This document shows, piece by piece, positions 58,701 to 64,000 of a stretch of 64,000 nucleotides of DNA. The notes under the pieces are model-generated. The model saw nothing but the letters and a program-made list of their open reading frames with translations. It did no database searches and had not been told where the DNA came from. Source of the DNA: an uncultured bacterium (lineage in GTDB: Bacteria; Verrucomicrobiota; Kiritimatiellia; RFP12; UBA1067). Location: assembly GCA_902776615.1 (NCBI GenBank), contig CACYQU010000003.1:1434-65433 (forward strand). The letters run 5' to 3'. Position numbers and translations under genes: made by a program. The first letter of the stretch is position 1, and each line of letters begins with the position of its first letter.

Positions 58701-59049
58701 GGATATCAAATAACTCTAATTCCGTTCTTGCATAAAGCCAAAGCCGCTTTGTCGCATCCTTGAGAATGTCTTCCCAACGTAGCGCTGCATCCATATGATT
58801 TAGGTCGCGATACTTCGGCGGAATCTCTTCTTCGTCTGCACATTCTTGATTCCCATATTCGTTAAGATTCTTCCAAATAGACCAGAACGCCCAATTATTA
58901 CGTTCACGTTCGCCACATTTTACGATACCACCATATATTGCAACTTCACCGTCTTTCAAGCGAGATGCTTTTTGCGATTTCGAGCCGCTTTTCTTCGGCT
59001 TCTTCACTCCTGTAGGCGCATTACCTGTTTGCTTTGCTATTTTAGGCAT
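55786..59049 (-). CDS. Large modular repeat protein (1087 aa), function unknown
   Basis: SD GAAAGGAAG before MPKIAK; 2 x ~245-aa, 3 x ~70-aa and 2 x ~100-aa internal repeats; AT-rich. Confidence 0.85.
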   Translation of the reverse strand: MPKIAKQTGNAPTGVKKPKKSGSKSQKASRLKDGEVAIYGGIVKCGERERNNWAFWSIWKNLNEYGNQECADEEEIPPKYRDLNHMDAALRWEDILKDATKRLWLYARTELELFDIPELDREKVKECIVSYMNNVEQAGQEVNAIMEEFASGDFDGDKDDFVEKVMKKMYYGIYVQICWAMNATKDCVRKVIDSNGYPLGEIGNGEEEDSALTILKLLKDGEIGKGDFKDTTIEEAKLKMLQLCPFNDEVVAYCYLDDGGKGPINDIVREAKIDIEKLNEKLTSEDIGGIVSSSKSRSNRHRRDDEKDKKNSMCEASEAAIAINKLKPGKKNKKKEKSVNSSKPKAGEVAIYGGIVKNGLPEYANWSFWSFWKDLAEYGDQECADEEKAPPKYRDISPDEAAHSWKSILKEAEKDLRRHVEWELKLFDLPDDCHREADNFISKLLNNVKTVGDEIDEMMAIFVSGDYDVDKETYADMIMRKLHFGIFVQICSTVNSTKDFLRRMIEENGWTLGESGVSDNEDAASDILELLENDEIGNGNFADTGRDEAKLKMLQFCPFKKDVVSYCYLDDNGKGPINDIARAARVDVNPLKRELLKKIVGDADLSAESSAHDYRDRIVKAAGELELDISEDLAVIDAALKRLDCEYRTVDGREFPTRDEADKQRKLSAYEAELDLSSEESAIEAKAKLEKFIKKLGVDGAWKMERVTQALECFDKAARRAGDRIFETREEAAKQRELVDFEKSCTITDEASAIKLKSDIIAMATRLGIDGTWKLERVNRELERFDKLARTAFGIEYQTREEAAAKRDSSEAFFAAVEAAITSSNDNGFYFKDGIPPKKLVGARTYLSGVQDDGVFAIVDTTIFGSAKIGLVVSRWGVIWKNDTVETARNAYSWKELASLDSPSKPNRGEITFEKGVVFDFTNSNGDADACRDTLVKLVAFAKESTCLDRLSAVKTDGQSADTPDIAEFAKSPCSCLFVEGSIPEKKLRNAFVSMKVREPIDSVRFLIDSTVFGSAKEGMLVTNDAVYFKNFMEDPVRVPFESIESVEAQKNAITINSKVCQLINIPVDSLEKLCSYINVVSKTRRR

Positions 59050-59056
59050 TTTCCAC

Positions 59057-59250
59057 TTCCTTTCATGTTGCCGCACAAAGACAACAAAGTCCCCGCGTGC
59101 GTACCGCAGAGGCGACTGGTATGCCCGAAAGGAAACGCGACGCGGGGACGAAATCGGCATAGTGCGCCCAGTGGACGCGCCAAGACAATTTATCTTTGCG
59201 TTGTGCCTTCCTTTCAAGATGATTACCAGTCTTCCTGCGGGTTGGCAACT
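59057..59250 (-). ncRNA. Structured 5' leader, C4-antisense-like translational switch candidate
   Basis: Central stem 59089-59098/59140-59149 encloses boxes complementary to an upstream segment and to the SD. Confidence 0.55.
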
Positions 59251-59256
59251 GACGGT

Positions 59257-59265
59257 ATTATAGCA
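59257..59265 (-). promoter_or_regulatory. Extended -10 TGCTATAAT for the AT-rich operon
   Basis: Lies immediately upstream of the structured leader. Confidence 0.6.
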
Positions 59266-59407
59266 AAATTCGCCGCTTCTGTGCGAGCGGACTTCACCTC
59301 ACGCCGCCAGCCGCCTCTTTCGGACAACCAGCCACCGTAATATTACACGCAGGAGACGCGAGAGAATGACAGCAGAGACGAATTTCAGTAAAAGTCTGAA
59401 CCAAAGG

Positions 59408-60583
59408 TCAGAAAAACCTATCCACCGCGCACGAAAAGAACATCTCCGGAGACATGCCTTGCCCTCCTATTAGATATGGTTTTGCACGAGCATACTTGGC
59501 CTTGAATTCCTTCATCCCCGAAACACTGTCCGCATCTGCTGTCTTGACCTCCATCGCGACTAGTCCATCGCCTTTGCTAAGGACGAAATCAACCTCCTTG
59601 TTTCCGACGTTCCAATATCGCAACTGAATATCATTTCTGCGGCAGCTTGGTATAAGACGCGCACCAACGGCAGACTCAAAGGCATGCCCCCATAATTCAT
59701 GCCTCGAACGGAGTTCGTTGAATCCGTATGGTAGCATCGCCGTCATCAACGCCGTGTTGCAGACCACCAGTTTAGGGCTGGACGCCTTGACGCGAACAAC
59801 CTCTTCGTAGTATTTCTCTATTCCCACGACCAGCCCCGCCTCGCCAAGGAGTGCAAGATAATGCGCAAGCGTAGTGGCATTTCCTGCGTCTTGGAGCTGT
59901 CCAAGCATTTTCTGATAGGACATAATCTTGCCCGAATACGTGCAGGCCAGCGCAAAGAGCTGACGGAGAAGCGCTGGCTTTGAAATGCGCTCAAGCTGGA
60001 TTATGTCACGACTTATGCTCGGCTCTATGATTGAATCCCTCAGATAAGTCCTCCATCGCTCCTCATCTCGAATGTATGGGACGGCTCCGGGATACCCTCC
60101 AAACATCACAAAATCCTCAATTGAAAAACCAAATGCCTCATGCATCTGCTCGTAAGACCAGTGCCATGCCTCAACAAGCTCGAACCTTCCCTCAAGGCTC
60201 TCATTCAAACCCTTCTGAAGCAGGAGACGGGAACTTCCCAGAATCAAAACCTTCAAAGAAATGTCTTCAAATGAGTCTTCGTCCCAGAGTCGCTTGACAA
60301 CCTCAGACCATCCGACAATCTTCTGTATTTCATCGACAACAAGAAGATACTCCCCAAGAGACTTTGCCTGAAGTCGGGCTTGCTGCCATTCGCTCTCCAA
60401 CCACGCAAGGGGATTTACGCCCAGACCCCCCGCAAGACGGTATGTAAACGGCTTGGCATAATGCTTCAAGGCCTGCTTGACGGCCGTCGTCTTGCCCACT
60501 TGTCTGGGCCCAGCAACAACCTGAATTCGAAGCCGTTTCTCATTTAAACGACTCGCTACTACATTTAACCAATGGCAATTCAT
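59408..60583 (-). CDS. AAA+ ATPase with DUF4143 (PD-(D/E)xK-like C-terminus)
   Basis: GPRQVGKTT, VVDEIQK, LGSS, ESLEGR, GGYPG, EVDFV, AMEVK. Confidence 0.9.
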   Translation of the reverse strand: MNCHWLNVVASRLNEKRLRIQVVAGPRQVGKTTAVKQALKHYAKPFTYRLAGGLGVNPLAWLESEWQQARLQAKSLGEYLLVVDEIQKIVGWSEVVKRLWDEDSFEDISLKVLILGSSRLLLQKGLNESLEGRFELVEAWHWSYEQMHEAFGFSIEDFVMFGGYPGAVPYIRDEERWRTYLRDSIIEPSISRDIIQLERISKPALLRQLFALACTYSGKIMSYQKMLGQLQDAGNATTLAHYLALLGEAGLVVGIEKYYEEVVRVKASSPKLVVCNTALMTAMLPYGFNELRSRHELWGHAFESAVGARLIPSCRRNDIQLRYWNVGNKEVDFVLSKGDGLVAMEVKTADADSVSGMKEFKAKYARAKPYLIGGQGMSPEMFFSCAVDRFF

Positions 60584-60592
60584 ACATAATTA

Positions 60593-60658
60593 TTCGCTCC
60601 ACTGAACAAATTTGTTCACTTCGGTGAATAGTATAAATTTCAGAGCCGATTCAGTCAA
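60593..60658 (-). promoter_or_regulatory. Sigma70 promoter plus tandem operator-like boxes for the AAA ATPase
   Basis: TTGACT(60653-58)-17 nt-TATACT(60630-35); palindrome TGAACAAATTTGTTCA at 60603-60618. Confidence 0.65.
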
Positions 60659-60732
60659 GTGCCAGGCGGGTTGAAAGATTGAAACGGGAGCAACAGCACA
60701 TCACAAACTATACCGAAAGCAGTTTGTAGGCG

Positions 60733-61341
60733 TCAAAACTCATTCTCAATCGCGGCGATCATGCGCTCAACACGGGTCTTTATCTGCGAGACGGAGTTGC
60801 GCGGAATGTTGAACTCGGCGGCGACCTCGCCTATCGGACGCTCCTCAAGCACATATGCGCGATAAACCGCTTTTGACTGCGTAGAAAGCGCCGTCTTTGT
60901 AAGCGCCCACTCGACAGCCGCCCTGCGCCGCGCAAGCCGCCACTTTGCGTCGATCGCCGCAGCCGTTTCGGATTCGACAGCCGCCTCGACGCCCGATTCG
61001 GGGTCGTCAAGCGAAACGCACACTCCCTCTCCGCGCGTCACACGCTTGCGCCATCGACTGACAAGTTCATTTCTCACAAGCGTCGCGAGATACCGGCGGA
61101 ACTTGCCAGAATCACCGCCCACCTTCACGCGCCCTTCCCGCAAGACTTCCACGAGCCGCATGAAAATCTCCTGAACCACATCCTCGCTCTCGTCTTCGCT
61201 TCCGCGCTCCTCGGCAAACGCCTTGATCGCAGGTGCATACAGCTCGAAGAGTCGCGTCCATCCGGCTTCGTCGCGTATGCCAGTCTTGTCCGACGCAAGC
61301 CGAACGAGTAGCAAAACCGGTGTATCGGGAAAGTTCGCCAT
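60733..61341 (-). CDS. ECF sigma-70 factor (kinase-associated type)
   Basis: TP..LLVRL, W.RLFELY.P, EDVVQE, GKFR.YL, region 4 HTH; coupled to the kinase stop. Confidence 0.87.
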   Translation of the reverse strand: MANFPDTPVLLLVRLASDKTGIRDEAGWTRLFELYAPAIKAFAEERGSEDESEDVVQEIFMRLVEVLREGRVKVGGDSGKFRRYLATLVRNELVSRWRKRVTRGEGVCVSLDDPESGVEAAVESETAAAIDAKWRLARRRAAVEWALTKTALSTQSKAVYRAYVLEERPIGEVAAEFNIPRNSVSQIKTRVERMIAAIENEF

Positions 61342-62900
61342 CACTCCTTCCCCAGCGCGAGCCTCAGCGTGCTGTTCCATCCCCATTCGCCGACAAGCGA
61401 CTTCTCGGCAATGCCATCCGGCCCGAGTTGGATGTGTTTCGGCCTGCCTTTTTCATCTGCCCCTTCCGTCTCGCGGCAGATCGTCCGCCCCTGTCCAACG
61501 ATATCGTAGACGCCCCAGGCGTTCGGCGGCTTCGTCCGGACTCTACACGGCATCTTCGCCATAATGCTTTCCCACTTGACACCCTTCTCGGCGGCGAGCG
61601 CCTTCTTGTCCGCGACAGACGGACCCTCCACGCCGAGCGCAGACGCGTCCGCCGCGTTCGCGCCACCAGCCGTTGACGCAATGGCGAGTTCGTTCGTCGA
61701 CGGAAGCCTGAATATGCATCCTCGCGGCAGATGCGCAGCGAAACGGCGGTTGAGTTCGTCGATGAATCTCACAATATCCGTCATGGACATAGCGATAGCC
61801 GGCTCATCGTCCGCGCCATCGCGCCTATTTCCTGTGACGCGCCACCACTCGGCGTTAGTAACATGGCTTGCACCGATCCAAAACGGCGCGTCCGATGAAT
61901 CGCGGCATTCGACCATCTCGATGCGCACGCCATCACCAAGATCGAAGGTGAGTGGGGGAGTTTCGTTTGGCCATGCAGAGCGTGTAGAATAGAACACCAA
62001 AGTAGCCGCGATTACGGCGCAGATGGAGCCGATAAATGCAAGGCGCGTCAAAACATTCCTGTGCGGACGAACTGCGTTCGTCCGCGCTTTTCGCAGAAAC
62101 TCGACAAGCTTCACCGGTCTTACCGCCGGGTCGTCAGAAAGCATCGCCGGAAGTATTTTGTCCCAAGGCCCCTCAAGCGGTTCCAGAAGCCGCAGAGCAT
62201 CTGTTCCAGGCTCGTACCATATGCCGGTCAGCAGGCGAAAGAACACTACGCCGAGCGCATATACGTCGGACGCCGCGCTCGCCTCTTCGCCTCTCTTGAT
62301 TTCCGGCGCGAGATATCCACCCGTTCCCATGACAAGCCGCCGCGCCGATTCCTCGTATCCTGCGACGATGGTCTTCTCGACTCCGATCTCGCGCTTGATG
62401 CGTCCATGCTCGTAGCGGGAGATTCCGAAGTCGACGAGAACAGCGTCGTTCTTCGCATCGAGAAGAATGTTCGATGCCTTTACGTCGCGATGGACTATTC
62501 CTTCGGCGTGTATGCAGTCGAGCGCGGACGCTATCGACTCCATCCAGCGAAGACGGTCGGCGTCCGTAAACTCGTCCGGCGATATATCCGCCAAAGTGCG
62601 CGGCTCTCCCTTCGAATCAAGCACGAGATTCATGACGAAATACGCCGTGCCGTCAGGAAGTACGCCAAGGTCGAACACGCGCGCGACATTCGGGTGCTCA
62701 ATGCGCGCGAGGGCGCGTCCCTCGGACATGAAACGCTCGCGCAGAAAATCCGCGTCGCCGCTTTCGAGAACGAATGTCTTCAGTGCATAGCGCGTTCCGA
62801 GGGCGAGATGCTCGACCTCGTACACCTCGCCCATGCCGCCAACGCCGATCCGCCGAACGATGCGGTAGTTACCGACTTTTTCGCCTTGCTTCATCGCCAT
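61341..62900 (-). CDS. Membrane Ser/Thr protein kinase with C-terminal FGE-sulfatase-like domain
   Basis: GVGGMGEVY, ALK, HRDVK..N, DFG, GT.GYLAPE, TM helix, FRLPS..E, PNAWGVYD..G. Confidence 0.9.
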   Translation of the reverse strand: MAMKQGEKVGNYRIVRRIGVGGMGEVYEVEHLALGTRYALKTFVLESGDADFLRERFMSEGRALARIEHPNVARVFDLGVLPDGTAYFVMNLVLDSKGEPRTLADISPDEFTDADRLRWMESIASALDCIHAEGIVHRDVKASNILLDAKNDAVLVDFGISRYEHGRIKREIGVEKTIVAGYEESARRLVMGTGGYLAPEIKRGEEASAASDVYALGVVFFRLLTGIWYEPGTDALRLLEPLEGPWDKILPAMLSDDPAVRPVKLVEFLRKARTNAVRPHRNVLTRLAFIGSICAVIAATLVFYSTRSAWPNETPPLTFDLGDGVRIEMVECRDSSDAPFWIGASHVTNAEWWRVTGNRRDGADDEPAIAMSMTDIVRFIDELNRRFAAHLPRGCIFRLPSTNELAIASTAGGANAADASALGVEGPSVADKKALAAEKGVKWESIMAKMPCRVRTKPPNAWGVYDIVGQGRTICRETEGADEKGRPKHIQLGPDGIAEKSLVGEWGWNSTLRLALGKE

Positions 62901-63012
62901 CTGACAACACTCTTCATCGCCGGAAAGAACACGCTTTTACCGAACCGCTTCGACTTTACGGAGGCACTGCTCGCCTTTTGGGGAACTGGGAGCCGACGCC
63001 GCCGAAAGATGC

Positions 63013-63480
63013 TCAAGATACGGTCAAGGCCATTTCCCTCGCACGGGCGGCAAAGTGCTCGAGTTCTTCGTCTGTCAACGGGCGAAGCCCTTTCAGCCTG
63101 AGATAGCGCACGGCCTTCTTGTAGGCAATCTTCATCTCTTCGCTTGAAGCGCCTCTCAACGCGGCGGCGTTCTGCCGCGTAAGGAAATCGTTCGCCCAAC
63201 TGCCGTCGGCCCTCTGGGCGGACACTATGCTCGAAAGCGCCTCCGCGCCTTTCTCGTACGCCGCAGTGTAGACACCGTGCCGTACAATGACCGAACTCTC
63301 TCGCATCGTGAGCACGCTTGCAAGGCCCAGAAGCGCCACCACAGTGGCCGCAGCGAGATACGGGATAGGCCTGAACGTGCGCACGACGGGCGTAAGGTTC
63401 TGCGCCGTGCGCAGCCTGTCAACGACTTCGCGATAGCCGGGGCCGAGCCCGGCGAGCGTTTCTTCAAGATCCTTCGTCAT
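63013..63480 (-). CDS. Putative anti-sigma factor (single TM, QxxDGSW repeat)
   Basis: Overlaps the ECF sigma stop; one TM helix; AQRADGSW. Confidence 0.6.
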   Translation of the reverse strand: MTKDLEETLAGLGPGYREVVDRLRTAQNLTPVVRTFRPIPYLAAATVVALLGLASVLTMRESSVIVRHGVYTAAYEKGAEALSSIVSAQRADGSWANDFLTRQNAAALRGASSEEMKIAYKKAVRYLRLKGLRPLTDEELEHFAARAREMALTVS

Positions 63481-63949
63481 CGAAAATCTCCTTCAGCTTC
63501 TTCAGTGCATTGTGCATCCTGGACTTCACCGTACCAAGCGGAACCCCGAGGATCTGCGCCACCTCCGCGTACGGAAGATCCTGCATCACCCCGAGCTCCA
63601 CCACCTCGCGCATGTTTTCAGGCAGCCGCCCAAGCGCCCACAGCACATCCTCACCGGCCATAGTGGCCGGCATCTGCACGTCGGACCGCTCCTTTCCCCA
63701 CGCCTCTTCCCTGACCTCACGGCGCGTTTGACGCCTGAAAGCGTCGATACGCACCTGCCGCGCGATCGTAAAGAGGAAGGTCGAGAGTTTTGCAGTCGGC
63801 TTGTACTCGCCGCGGTAGTTCCACAAACGAAGATAAGTCTCCTGGACAAGATCCTCGCCTTCAGAGAATGAAACGCCCTGACGCCAGAAAAAGTTCAAAA
63901 GGTTCTTTTCGAACTTCTTCGCCTCAAGCATCAACCCGTCATCCGACAA
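63464..63949 (-). CDS. ECF sigma-70 factor
   Basis: EDLVQETYLR, LFTIAR, YAEVAQILGVPLGTVKSR; GGAGG upstream of the TTG start. Confidence 0.92.
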   Translation of the reverse strand: MSDDGLMLEAKKFEKNLLNFFWRQGVSFSEGEDLVQETYLRLWNYRGEYKPTAKLSTFLFTIARQVRIDAFRRQTRREVREEAWGKERSDVQMPATMAGEDVLWALGRLPENMREVVELGVMQDLPYAEVAQILGVPLGTVKSRMHNALKKLKEIFDDEGS

Positions 63950-64000
63950 GCGAAAGAACCTCCCTCAGAATAGACGATTCCGCCGAAAACTCATCGCCAC

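Noticed and set aside
59050-59217. N-terminal extension of the large ORF to 59217 (track start)
   Set aside because: TTG start, low-complexity translation, and overlap with the structured leader; the ATG at 59049 has a clear SD.
54890-60660. Integron cassette array
   Set aside because: No tyrosine integrase and no recognisable attC sites between the small ORFs, which are spaced as an ordinary operon.

Overview
GC-rich bacterial chromosomal segment. It most resembles a gut/rumen Kiritimatiellae-type PVC anaerobe (inferred from RNase HIII, type-2 IleRS, Cys-to-Asp MurA, V-type ATPase, HydG, an ECF sigma/Ser-Thr kinase pair and a typical 'DPxDxxS...W...RFF' C-terminal domain). Positions 1-52000 are tightly packed, almost entirely minus-strand housekeeping genes in scrambled, overlapping operons: V-ATPase D/I/K, ileS, murA, nrdR, rnfE, hydG, hisD, fabFZ, polA, ribBA, rnhC, miaB, proA, tatBC, pal, coaD, lpxD-skp-bamA, recN, tRNA-Ser/Gly, alr, galM and ilvBN. 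This part also holds a secreted histidine-phosphatase/GH2/GH5 triple fusion and two probable pseudoenzymes. Positions ~52000-60660 form an accessory island with two different Y1/HUH (RAYT-like) transposases, one fused to a DprA/SLOG-like domain, each with its own palindromes. The island also has a 17-nt tandem array and two ~91% identical 204-bp orphan copies of a surface-protein C-terminal domain that stop aligning at the same codon. It further carries an AT-rich operon (1087-aa modular repeat protein, two paralogous 4-Cys microproteins, two other small ORFs) behind a structured C4-antisense-like leader, and an AAA/DUF4143 ATPase. The window ends with two ECF sigma modules. The island is the best candidate for an undescribed system. 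All functional calls come from motif reading only; no searches were run.
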